A stretch of DNA of 64,000 nt from a virus. The translations under genes and the position numbers were made by a program. Below the pieces are notes generated by a model. That model saw nothing but the letters and a program-made list of their open reading frames with translations, had not been told where the DNA came from and searched no databases. Where the stretch lies: IMG/VR virus record IMGVR_UViG_3300032242_001280; one strand, given 5' to 3'. Below are positions 25,159 to 34,896 of this stretch, in pieces (position 1 is the first letter of the stretch; each line of letters starts with the position of its first letter).

Positions 25159-25992
25159 TTAAATTGTTTCGCTGCCACTAGGTAAATCAGATGATCTTAT
25201 AGAATTATCGGTCTGACGAGTGTAACTTGGGTTGAGACCGTTTTGTTCCAAAATATCATCTCTGAGGTTTTGATTACGCTTTTCAACATTAAGAACTCTA
25301 GTAAAGCTATTGGTAATAGTAGCAGTATAATAAGCAAAAGGATTATTAGATTTGCTTTCGTCAAATTGTAGTCCTACTTGTGATAGTTGCAACAATGCTT
25401 GGCTACGCATCTCGTCATTGTATGTATAACCACGCCAGTTGCCTTTTGAGCCATATCGTTCACATAGTTTAATAAACATGCGAGCCAACATAGGTGTCAT
25501 TTTACCATGGTCTTTATTAAACCATCCATTAACAATACCGCCTTCCCAATGTGATTTTGCTACACATACCAGTTCATCATTCTCATTGAATCTATAATGC
25601 TGAAATGGTGGAAAATTAACTTTGGTATAGTGATCTGCTGTTGCTTTTGGAGATTTCTTACGGCCTGGCGCTAGTGGAACATGATCCCAACATATAATTC
25701 TAAAAACAAGCTCTGTCTTTGTAATTTTATGCCAATCTATTGAATGGTCATCTAGTTTACTTTTTACGCCACTGAGCGTTTTTGCTTCCCATGCTAGTTT
25801 AGCTATTCTGTCAGCGCGGTTTCTTTTTGCCTCTGCAATGGTTCGCTGATTTACTTTACTAAGACTAGGTAAAATAATATCATATTGTTTGTCTTCATCA
25901 GTTAAAAAACTACAATAAGTGTTTTTACTTTTATGAATTTCTCTTAATAGTTCTTTGTTGGTGAGGTAAGGAGTTCTTTTTGCTATTGTCAT
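25159..25992 (-). CDS. gp55: Late-transcription sigma factor, gp55-like
   Basis: YLTNKELL, NWRGYTYNDEM, FDESKSNNPFAYYT motifs; next to gp47/gp46 as in T4. Confidence 0.9.
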   Translation of the reverse strand: MTIAKRTPYLTNKELLREIHKSKNTYCSFLTDEDKQYDIILPSLSKVNQRTIAEAKRNRADRIAKLAWEAKTLSGVKSKLDDHSIDWHKITKTELVFRIICWDHVPLAPGRKKSPKATADHYTKVNFPPFQHYRFNENDELVCVAKSHWEGGIVNGWFNKDHGKMTPMLARMFIKLCERYGSKGNWRGYTYNDEMRSQALLQLSQVGLQFDESKSNNPFAYYTATITNSFTRVLNVEKRNQNLRDDILEQNGLNPSYTRQTDNSIRSSDLPSGSETI

Positions 25993-26046
25993 GTTACTAT
26001 TATATACTACTATTATTAATTAATAAATATTTTTATTAAGGCAGTC

Positions 26047-27084
26047 ATGGTTAATTTTACTTATTCCCCAGGTCAATACTATACAAGAAATCCAACTCAA
26101 CAGACTTCACTAAATCCTTTTAGTGGAATAGGCGCTGCGCCACCTGCGTATGGTATCAATAATAATTTTGGTGCGTATAGCGGATATAATCCACAATCGC
26201 CTACCCCTGGAACTGTTGGTTATAGATTACCAGCCCAAAATTATGCAAACTATGGCGTAAACAACCCAACTAATTTTGGTATACAAACATTAAAAACAAC
26301 TTTAATCAATAGCGCAGTTAATGCAGCAGTTGGTACAGTTCTGGATAATCTTATAGGCAACGACCCAAGTTCAACCCGCCTTCTTGGAACTGGATTAGCA
26401 CCAGGTGGAATCAGTGCTGATCTATTACAAGCTAGCAGTGATGCTAGTAACGCTGCATTTACTGATGATACCGAGACTCGTGTTTTAATATATGACCAGA
26501 CTGGGCAGTTCATTGGAGAAAGCGAAGTATTTAAACCACTAATGGCAATGGCTGGTGTATTGTTTCCTTATACCCCTACTATTCAGGTGGCGCATAAAGC
26601 AAGTTATGATATGTTGTCACTGGTTCATACTAACTATGTTACGCCACAATATCAACACAGTCAAATTGACAACATATCTATACAAGGAATGTTTACTGCA
26701 AACTATCCTGCAGAAGCAGAATATATGATGGCAATGATGCATTTCTTTCGCACAGTAACTAAAATGTTTTATGGCAAAGGTAACCTAACAGGAACACCGC
26801 CGCCTGTATTATATCTAGATGCTTATGGACCATATGCATTTGATCATATTCCAGTAGTAATTACTGGATTTGATTATACATTCCCAAATGATGTAGATTA
26901 TATTAGTTGCTCCGTTAATAATCAAACACAAAGAGTTCCTACTAGTCTTTCAGTAAACCTAAGTATGGTACCAACATACAGCAGAAATAATGTCAGCAAT
27001 AATTTTGGTCTTGCTGATTTCAGTAACGGTAGTTTAATAACTGGCGCTGGTGGCGGCAGAACAAGAACTGGAGGATGGTTGTAA
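26047..27084 (+). CDS. Baseplate tail-tube initiator/cap, gp48/gp54-like
   Basis: FPYTPTI, HFFRTVTKMFYG, GTPPPV and PNDVDYI motifs; TAAATA at 26024-26029. Confidence 0.65.
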   Translation: MVNFTYSPGQYYTRNPTQQTSLNPFSGIGAAPPAYGINNNFGAYSGYNPQSPTPGTVGYRLPAQNYANYGVNNPTNFGIQTLKTTLINSAVNAAVGTVLDNLIGNDPSSTRLLGTGLAPGGISADLLQASSDASNAAFTDDTETRVLIYDQTGQFIGESEVFKPLMAMAGVLFPYTPTIQVAHKASYDMLSLVHTNYVTPQYQHSQIDNISIQGMFTANYPAEAEYMMAMMHFFRTVTKMFYGKGNLTGTPPPVLYLDAYGPYAFDHIPVVITGFDYTFPNDVDYISCSVNNQTQRVPTSLSVNLSMVPTYSRNNVSNNFGLADFSNGSLITGAGGGRTRTGGWL

Positions 27085-27401
27085 TGGCGATAAACACAAG
27101 TACATACAGTCAAGCTAGTCCTTATTATGCTACTCCAAAATTTGACAATGGTAAATTTTTAGATTTATTAATATACAGACCTATACCAAAATTAGCTAAT
27201 GATGTACTAACACAAATTGCTCCAGTTTACAATCTTCGTCCTGATTTAATGGCATTTGATTTATATGGAAATAGTGCGCTATGGTGGGTGTTTGCAGCAA
27301 GGAACCCCAATACATTATTTGATCCGCTATGGGATTTTGCTGCTGGAACATATATCTATATACCTACTAAGGGCACTTTAACAGCAGCATTAGGTTCGTA
27401 A
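27084..27401 (+). CDS. gp53: Baseplate wedge protein, gp53-like
   Basis: RPDLMAFDLYGNSALWWVFAARN LysM-like motif; TAATG overlap suggests start 27084. Confidence 0.8.
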   Translation: MAINTSTYSQASPYYATPKFDNGKFLDLLIYRPIPKLANDVLTQIAPVYNLRPDLMAFDLYGNSALWWVFAARNPNTLFDPLWDFAAGTYIYIPTKGTLTAALGS

Positions 27402-27402
27402 A

Positions 27403-30400
27403 ATGGCAACATCTTTAACACCAACTGAACAATTGGCTGCAGCCCAATCGCAATTTAAAAATTGGTATAATAAACAAATTGCTGCTGGCAATCAAGTTAC
27501 ATTAGGCGATATAAACAATCAAAAAGCTGCTATACTTAATACGGGTGCGTATCCTGCATTGAATGTTGGGGTGGCGCAACCAACACATGTTGAAGGTGGT
27601 CCACTAGTAGTAAACATTGCGCCTGATAGTTTTTTCATTGAAGGAACAGGCGGTGGGTATGTAGGCGACACTAATGTTTATAGCGGAACACCTGTTTTGC
27701 AAAATCCAGTTGGTGCAAATACAGCACAATTAATTGCTGCACAGGAAGCAGCAATTGCAGCACAAGACGCAGCGAGCCAAGCTGCGCTAGAACAATCTCA
27801 AACAAATTTAGCAAATGCACAAGCAACATTAGCCGCAGCCAAAGCAAGAAGTGCGGCACTTCAAGCTGAAATAGATGCAAATACCGCAGCACTCGGTGCT
27901 AATGATCCAACAGTAGGAGTAGCTGCCACTGCTGCCAGTGATGCAACTAACTCACAACTTGGTATAGTTCAGCCCACATCTAACATAGACCCTGTTGGCG
28001 TAGCAAGAAATCAAGCTAATGCAGATGCAGCATTAGTTGCACAAGTTACAAAACAAAATGAAATTATTGCACAAAGCAATGCAGTTGCAGCACTTGATCC
28101 AAGAAATACTGCAACTGGAAGCGGTCAAGGAACCACATTTGTTGGTGCAGTTACGCCTAGCGTATCGCCTGATACACCACAAAATACTAACAATACAAGT
28201 CCTGTCAATGAAGTTGTATCTGTTGGCGGTCAAAACTCTACTGTTACAGTTCCTGTTGCGCCAACGACAAATGGTACAGTTGAAGATCACGCAAATCCAA
28301 CCACGGATTCATTTACGGGAAGTGATTATGGGACACCTACTCCATCTATATTCAGTGACCAATCGCCTTCATCTTTATCCTCTGATTTAAGACCGCTGCT
28401 ACAACCTACTGGTATTGGTCCATCATCTACTGCAACAGTAACTGGTAGCGGTCCTGCTACAAATAATCCAAGTGGAGAAAGTATTGCTGGAAATAATACA
28501 TCAAATGGTGGTCACTCTTCAAGTAAACCTGCGTTTAATGGTGCTAATGTTAAAGAAAATAAACTACACGATTATGTAAATTGGACATATAGAGTAAGTT
28601 TATTTGCTGTGCCGCGAGATAATATTAATGCTGCTTACAATGGAACACTAACACCAAACAATGTTGGAAGTGTACTATTAAAAGGCGCGTATTATGTATG
28701 CAGCGATGGCGGTTATGGTGATAGCGAAGCAGGAGCAAGCAGAAAGTTTTTCCCAACTGATTTATCAATTGATAATCTTGAACTAGAAACAGTGGTAGCT
28801 AACGATAACAGAACTCGTGGTACCGATGTTTATAAAATGAAATTTGATATTATTGAACCATATACTGTTAATTTTTTAGCTAGATTACAAAAATTAGCTA
28901 CTTCATTAAATTCAGAAGCTGGTTTTAACTGGGCACTTACTTTCTTTGTTATGAAAATTGAATTTTTAGGCTACGATGATTTAGGTAAACCGCAAAACAT
29001 ACCAAATACTACCAAATATATTCCATTTACTTTTACAAAGATGAAATTTAAAGTATCTGCTAGTGGTGGAAAATATAGTTGTGATGCTATTCCAGTGCAC
29101 AGCGTTGGTACTACTCCGCTAGATAACACTATACCATTTAGTGTTGAAGTACAAGGCGGCACTATTAAAGATTTATTTAATGGTGCTAGTGCACAATATG
29201 GAACAAAACAAGGTGGACAAAATCCTGCAGATAGAGCAAGTGGTATCGTTAACACTAGTGCACAGGTTACAGATAATACTACTGTAATAAAAGGGTTGGC
29301 TGATGCTCTTAATAAAAGCGAAATTGCAAAAACAAATCCAAAAAATGCTGGACAAACAAAAGCAAATGTATACGAATTTGAATTTGACCCATCAATTTTA
29401 AATGCAACCATTGCTAATCCAAAGAAATTTAATCAACAAGGCGCTAGTATGACTGCGCCAGATAATACACAAAGTTTACAAGCAGGTAAAGCTGGTTCAT
29501 TGGTTGCAGATTTTACAAAAGGTTCATTTAAAGCACAGAATGGCACAAAAATAACTGATTTTATTAATAGTATTATTTCTGTTAGTAGCTACATGACAGA
29601 TCAACATACTCCAAGCGGGCATGATAACCAATCGTTAAATCTTTGGAAAATTAATCCTGTTGTTAAATTTGGTGATATTGATAAGGCAACAAATTTTTAT
29701 CAACGAACTGTAAAATATATTATTACTCCATATGTTATGCGAGGTTCAGATGCTGTAGGATTTGGACAACAAGTAGTTAATAATGATGAGATTGTTAAAC
29801 AATATCTATATATCTACAGCGGACAAAACAAAGATATATTAGATGTTAATATTGAATATAATATGGCGTTTTTTGAAGTAAAAAATGGCAGTTCTGTTAC
29901 TAAAAAACAAACTGGTGATAAACCAGGAGATCAAACAGACCCAAATGTTACTGGATTTGGACAGGCAGATTCTTATGATGGAACTGGAGATAATAGGTTC
30001 TGGAAACCAAGATATCATTATGTTGAAGCAATTTTAAATCGTAGCAATACAAGTTCACCTACACTTGATGATACTACAATCGCTGTTCAAAATCTTATGG
30101 AAAAACTATATGATAATGGTGGTGATATGTTTAAATTAGATATTACAATTGTTGGCGATCCTGATTGGATATCTCAAGATGTTCCGCTTTATGGTCCACT
30201 TATCGGTACTAGTGTGTTTGTTGGTAATAGTGTGAATTATTTAAAGCCAGCATATTTTAATTTTTATTTTGCAACGCCTAACAGTGACTATGATGATACT
30301 ACTGGGCTGTTTAATAGCGAACAAACATATAGTCAATTTAGTGGTATATTTCAAGTTGCTATGGTAACAAGTAGTTTTAGCGGCGGAAAATTTACGCAGA

Positions 30401-30693
30401 AACTTAAAAACTACCGTGTTCGTAACCAAAAAGATAATCCAAGTTCGCCTTCTCGTAGCGATAGTGCGCCATCACAAACAGTTAATGCATTAACTAGAGG
30501 CGCTAGTGAAAATCCTCCAGCAGAACCTGCAACAAAAACAGTAACTGCACCAAACACTTCAATAAACAAGTATAGTGGACCAATAAGAAATGATGAGTTT
30601 CGCAATCGTGGTGTAGGCGCTATCGATGCAACTGGTGGTACAAATATAATAGGTGCGCGTGGACAAGGTATAATTGAAGATGCTGGACCATAA
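27403..30693 (+). CDS. Probable baseplate hub protein (gp27-like) with low-complexity N-terminal extension
   Basis: NKLHDYVNWTY, ITIVGDPDW and SGIFQV..VTSSFSGGKFTQKL motifs; lies between gp53 and gp5. Confidence 0.55.
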   Translation: MATSLTPTEQLAAAQSQFKNWYNKQIAAGNQVTLGDINNQKAAILNTGAYPALNVGVAQPTHVEGGPLVVNIAPDSFFIEGTGGGYVGDTNVYSGTPVLQNPVGANTAQLIAAQEAAIAAQDAASQAALEQSQTNLANAQATLAAAKARSAALQAEIDANTAALGANDPTVGVAATAASDATNSQLGIVQPTSNIDPVGVARNQANADAALVAQVTKQNEIIAQSNAVAALDPRNTATGSGQGTTFVGAVTPSVSPDTPQNTNNTSPVNEVVSVGGQNSTVTVPVAPTTNGTVEDHANPTTDSFTGSDYGTPTPSIFSDQSPSSLSSDLRPLLQPTGIGPSSTATVTGSGPATNNPSGESIAGNNTSNGGHSSSKPAFNGANVKENKLHDYVNWTYRVSLFAVPRDNINAAYNGTLTPNNVGSVLLKGAYYVCSDGGYGDSEAGASRKFFPTDLSIDNLELETVVANDNRTRGTDVYKMKFDIIEPYTVNFLARLQKLATSLNSEAGFNWALTFFVMKIEFLGYDDLGKPQNIPNTTKYIPFTFTKMKFKVSASGGKYSCDAIPVHSVGTTPLDNTIPFSVEVQGGTIKDLFNGASAQYGTKQGGQNPADRASGIVNTSAQVTDNTTVIKGLADALNKSEIAKTNPKNAGQTKANVYEFEFDPSILNATIANPKKFNQQGASMTAPDNTQSLQAGKAGSLVADFTKGSFKAQNGTKITDFINSIISVSSYMTDQHTPSGHDNQSLNLWKINPVVKFGDIDKATNFYQRTVKYIITPYVMRGSDAVGFGQQVVNNDEIVKQYLYIYSGQNKDILDVNIEYNMAFFEVKNGSSVTKKQTGDKPGDQTDPNVTGFGQADSYDGTGDNRFWKPRYHYVEAILNRSNTSSPTLDDTTIAVQNLMEKLYDNGGDMFKLDITIVGDPDWISQDVPLYGPLIGTSVFVGNSVNYLKPAYFNFYFATPNSDYDDTTGLFNSEQTYSQFSGIFQVAMVTSSFSGGKFTQKLKNYRVRNQKDNPSSPSRSDSAPSQTVNALTRGASENPPAEPATKTVTAPNTSINKYSGPIRNDEFRNRGVGAIDATGGTNIIGARGQGIIEDAGP

Positions 30694-30711
30694 AGTAACA
30701 GGAAAAACAAA

Positions 30712-33700
30712 ATGGCCGATATTAGTCAGACAGAATTTAGAAAAGCTCCTAAGTGGAGTACGCAAGAACAAGCTGATGGTATTAGAATTAATGCAGGACC
30801 ATTTGTAGGTATTGTTAAAGCAAATACCGATCCAATTCGTAGTGGAAAACTTCAAGTTTGGATAGCAGAACTTGGTGGCGATCCAACAGATGATTCTACT
30901 TGGCGTACAGTAAGCTATTGCACTCCGTTTTATGGCGTTACTAACAATCGTGATAGCGGTGATTATAGCGGAAGTCCGCACTCTTATGGAATGTGGTTTG
31001 TGCCACCAGATATAGGCGTTAAGGTTCTTTGTACATTTGTGGGCGGTGATCCAAGTCGTGGATTTTGGTTTGCTTGTATACCAGAATGGCCTAGTTTACA
31101 TATGGTTCCTGGTCTCAGTGCGCCAGTTGATGGTTCTTCTCCAGCCCCCGCTGTTGATTTTTATGATGACAAAACCGATCCAAGTGCATTAAACAATCCA
31201 GCAACTTTAAAAAAATTACCGCATAGTATACAAGAAGCAATCTGGACTAAACAAGGTTTATTAAAAGACCCAGACCGTGGACCAGGCACTAGTTCGGCAT
31301 TTCGTGAAACACCAAGTCGCGTGTTTGGCATTAGTACACCAGGCGCTCCTATCAATCCAGCAGACCCTCAGATAATTCCCGATCCAGAAAATCCTGGCGT
31401 TCCAGGTCCAAATGGAACACCGCCTGGCAAAAAGATAGCAGTCAAAGGCAGAAAAGGTGGACACACCTTTATTATGGATGATGGTGATTCTCAAGGAAAA
31501 AATCAAATGATGCGCCTGCGTACAGCAGGCGGTCATATGATAATGATGAACGACACTAAAGATTTCATTTATGTAATCAACAGTAAAGGAACTAGTTGGG
31601 TTGAAATTAATTCACAAGGCGATATAAATGTTTATAGTGAAAGCGCAGTTAACATAAGTGCAAACAGTGGAATCAATTTAGAAACCAAGGGCGCATTAAA
31701 ACTTCATGGTGGAACAGTTGATATATTAAGTGATGCCGCGCTAAACATTCAAGGAAAAGATGTAAACATTAATGGCGGTGGTACTACTAAAATTCTTGGA
31801 ACCAGTGGATTACATTTGAAAGGTAAAAGTACTTACCTAACAGGCGATAGTTGTTTACAAATACAAAGCAGTGGACATATTGATCTTAAAGGAAGTTGTG
31901 TTACTTTAAATACAGCATCAGCTACGCCAGCACAAGCTGCTGGTTCTGCAAGCCCACCTAAATCTATGCCTACTAAAGAAGCATGGAGCGGTCACAAAGC
32001 TGCATCTGGTGGTGCAGTTGCAAATCCTCAAGCACAACCAAGTTATGGCGCAGTTCAAGGTTTACCTGCTGGTGCGGCTGGTCCATATGGCGCAACTAAT
32101 AACTATGGCAGTAGCACTGTACAACAAAACTATGGACCAATGACTAACAATATCGGACCAATTACATATAATAGTGGTCCACAAGGCAGCTTTGCTGGAC
32201 AAAGTAGTGCTTTTGCTCAATATTCGCCTTCAAATTATAATAATAACACTGGTGGACAATCGTATACTACTTTAAATAATCTTCAAAATATATCATTTGG
32301 TACTGGTGCTGGATTTGATGTTTCACAAGTACAGCAAAATTATTACAATAATTCCGAGTATTCGCCTGGCGAACTTCAAAATAATCCAGGAAATCTACAA
32401 TATAGTACTAATGATGGTTTTGCCGTTGGTTTTGCAAATAACTTAGCAGTATACGCTCACCCAGAAGATGGCATTGCTGCATTGATGATTCTATTTGATA
32501 GCGTTGCTGGCAACAGCCCACTTACTTGTGCTCAGCTTATTGCAGCTTACATGCAAGGAAAAGTTACGGATAATGCTGTTTCGCAGTTTGTTCGTTTTAT
32601 GCAAAGTACATTGGGCGTAGCGCCAACAGCGTATGTTGGATTACTTGATCCAGCAACTCGCATTGCATGGGCAAGTGCAGTTATATATTATGTTCAAAAG
32701 CGAGTAATTTATTCATATACTCAAATTGCTGCTGGTTGTGCCCAAAGTCTTGGTGAAGACCCAGTATCATTTACAAATGCAGCACAGCCAACAACAGGAC
32801 CATGGCAAAATAATGGAGCACAACCATATACAACTGGATATATTAGTCCAACTAGTGCACCTCTTCTTAACGGTGGCAGCAGCTTAATTGGTGGTATAGT
32901 TAACAATGTTGTTAATCGTGTTATTGGTGGAGTGGTCAATAATATCGCAGCTACAGTTGGTACCGCTATTGGAACTACTGTTGGCGGCGTTGTTAATAAT
33001 GTTGTAAACACTGTTGGCGGCACTGTAAACAATGTTGTAAACACCGTAAGCAGTGGTGTAAGCACTGTTGTTAATAATGTTTCTGGTGCAGTTAGTAGCA
33101 CAGTGTCTGCAGCTACAGGACTTAACGATACTGCAAGCAGTGGCGGCGCTGCATACACCCAATATATCGGAACAAGCGTTGGCAGCGGACAATGCGTTGC
33201 ACTAGTTCAAGCAGCAAGCAATGTTGGTTATACTGGTACTTGGAGTCCAGGCAGCAATGTTGTCAGTAACCCTCCTCCAACTGGAACTGTTATTGCTACA
33301 TTTGGTAGCAACGGCACATACCAAAATGTTTCTGGGCAAAGTCATGCGGCTATCTATCTTGGACAACAGAAAGATGCTAATGGCAATGTAACTGGTATCG
33401 TAGTTCAAGATCAATGGGCAGGACATGCTTGTGGCACTAGAGTTATTGCAGTCGATCCAAATGCACCAGAAGGAGCACAGAATTTTGCTGTTGTTACTAC
33501 ACCAACAAATCCAAGTGGTGTTCTTGTTAATGGTGCTCCATCACCCGTTAGCAGCACAGTAGACCCTGGTCAGCCAACTGGAACACTTGATCCCGCGCAA
33601 CAAGCTGAGCTTAATGCACAAAATGCTACTACTGCAACGGCAACAAGCGATTCGAGAAATCTTACAGATACATCTACCACAGGCACATACTATGAACCAG

Positions 33701-34449
33701 GTTCAGGACAAGTTGTAAACCAAGATTCAAGTGGAAAAAATAGTGCTACTTCAGGCACAACTGATACATCATATCTGTATAATTCATCAAGTCCATCTGG
33801 AACTACGGTGTCTGGCGATGGAAGTGCTAATAATACTACTGCAGCAACCGATAGTACCACAGTAACACCAAGTGCTATGAACCAAATTGAAACTGGAACA
33901 ACACCAACGGTAACAGATACATCCTATATGTATAGTTCTCCTAGCAGTACATCGGTTATAACTGATACATCATCTACAACAACAGTTACTCAGCAACCAG
34001 TTTATGATGGCATGGGTAATTTTACTGGTTACTATGAAGAACCAACAGCGTCAGTAACTACTCCTGTATCAACCAATAATTCGTATATGTACAATTCTCC
34101 TACATCAACTGATAATTCATATATGTATAGTGCCACTGATTCTAGTAGAAATAGTGATTATACTACACAACCAGTAGGCATAGATGTTGCACCACCAGCG
34201 CCACCATCTGATAATTTAATTGTTAATAATACTCCTGCTACCCCAGACCAAACCAATACTGGATTAACATATGACCCGCGCACAAATGAAGTAGTCAACT
34301 CATCTGGCGCAGACAATACGGTTAACTCATCAACATCTGCGCCTATTACTACTTCACCAAGTTCTCCAGGCAGTGGTGCCGCAACCACTGGTGCTCAAAC
34401 TACGCCACAAGGAAGTGCTGCTACTGGTTCAGCCGCTGGCAGTTGTTAA
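30712..34449 (+). CDS. gp5: Baseplate central spike gp5/VgrG-like with C-terminal putative cell-wall hydrolase domains
   Basis: OB-fold (DPIRSGKLQVWI, YGMWFVPPDIG), beta-helix region, NNPGNL domain, and a GQCVALV...HAAIYLGQ...VQDQW Cys/His amidase domain. Confidence 0.85.
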   Translation: MADISQTEFRKAPKWSTQEQADGIRINAGPFVGIVKANTDPIRSGKLQVWIAELGGDPTDDSTWRTVSYCTPFYGVTNNRDSGDYSGSPHSYGMWFVPPDIGVKVLCTFVGGDPSRGFWFACIPEWPSLHMVPGLSAPVDGSSPAPAVDFYDDKTDPSALNNPATLKKLPHSIQEAIWTKQGLLKDPDRGPGTSSAFRETPSRVFGISTPGAPINPADPQIIPDPENPGVPGPNGTPPGKKIAVKGRKGGHTFIMDDGDSQGKNQMMRLRTAGGHMIMMNDTKDFIYVINSKGTSWVEINSQGDINVYSESAVNISANSGINLETKGALKLHGGTVDILSDAALNIQGKDVNINGGGTTKILGTSGLHLKGKSTYLTGDSCLQIQSSGHIDLKGSCVTLNTASATPAQAAGSASPPKSMPTKEAWSGHKAASGGAVANPQAQPSYGAVQGLPAGAAGPYGATNNYGSSTVQQNYGPMTNNIGPITYNSGPQGSFAGQSSAFAQYSPSNYNNNTGGQSYTTLNNLQNISFGTGAGFDVSQVQQNYYNNSEYSPGELQNNPGNLQYSTNDGFAVGFANNLAVYAHPEDGIAALMILFDSVAGNSPLTCAQLIAAYMQGKVTDNAVSQFVRFMQSTLGVAPTAYVGLLDPATRIAWASAVIYYVQKRVIYSYTQIAAGCAQSLGEDPVSFTNAAQPTTGPWQNNGAQPYTTGYISPTSAPLLNGGSSLIGGIVNNVVNRVIGGVVNNIAATVGTAIGTTVGGVVNNVVNTVGGTVNNVVNTVSSGVSTVVNNVSGAVSSTVSAATGLNDTASSGGAAYTQYIGTSVGSGQCVALVQAASNVGYTGTWSPGSNVVSNPPPTGTVIATFGSNGTYQNVSGQSHAAIYLGQQKDANGNVTGIVVQDQWAGHACGTRVIAVDPNAPEGAQNFAVVTTPTNPSGVLVNGAPSPVSSTVDPGQPTGTLDPAQQAELNAQNATTATATSDSRNLTDTSTTGTYYEPGSGQVVNQDSSGKNSATSGTTDTSYLYNSSSPSGTTVSGDGSANNTTAATDSTTVTPSAMNQIETGTTPTVTDTSYMYSSPSSTSVITDTSSTTTVTQQPVYDGMGNFTGYYEEPTASVTTPVSTNNSYMYNSPTSTDNSYMYSATDSSRNSDYTTQPVGIDVAPPAPPSDNLIVNNTPATPDQTNTGLTYDPRTNEVVNSSGADNTVNSSTSAPITTSPSSPGSGAATTGAQTTPQGSAATGSAAGSC

Positions 34450-34464
34450 TGAGGTAAATATAAC

Positions 34465-34851
34465 ATGGCAATGTACAAAGGTTATAGCACTGTTAATAGA
34501 GATTTTGGACCGTATGAGATCAGTGACAATGATCTCATAGTCCAAGATTTGTTAAATCATTTACAAATTCGTAAAGGTGAAAAACTTATGAATCCAAATG
34601 TTGGTACTATAATCTGGAATAGACTGTTTGACCCGCTAACGCAAGCATTAAAAACTGAAATTAAAAAAGATATTGATAGAATTATAGCTTATGATCCTAG
34701 ATTTAATGTTGTAAGTAACACAGTTGTACAAGAATCGCCAGATGGTCGCGGATTAGTACTAAACTTTCAACTACAATTTGCTACAGATAATAAGATTGCT
34801 CAGTTGTCTGTAATATTTGATAAAGTTGCCAATAATCTATTTGTGCTTTAA
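34465..34851 (+). CDS. gp25: Baseplate wedge protein, gp25-like
   Basis: RKGEKLMNPNVG..IW..LFDP and YDPR motifs; TAAATA at 34455-34460. Confidence 0.9.
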   Translation: MAMYKGYSTVNRDFGPYEISDNDLIVQDLLNHLQIRKGEKLMNPNVGTIIWNRLFDPLTQALKTEIKKDIDRIIAYDPRFNVVSNTVVQESPDGRGLVLNFQLQFATDNKIAQLSVIFDKVANNLFVL

Positions 34852-34896
34852 TAGTAGCATATTATTATTAAAATAAATAAATGATAGAGAAAAAAC

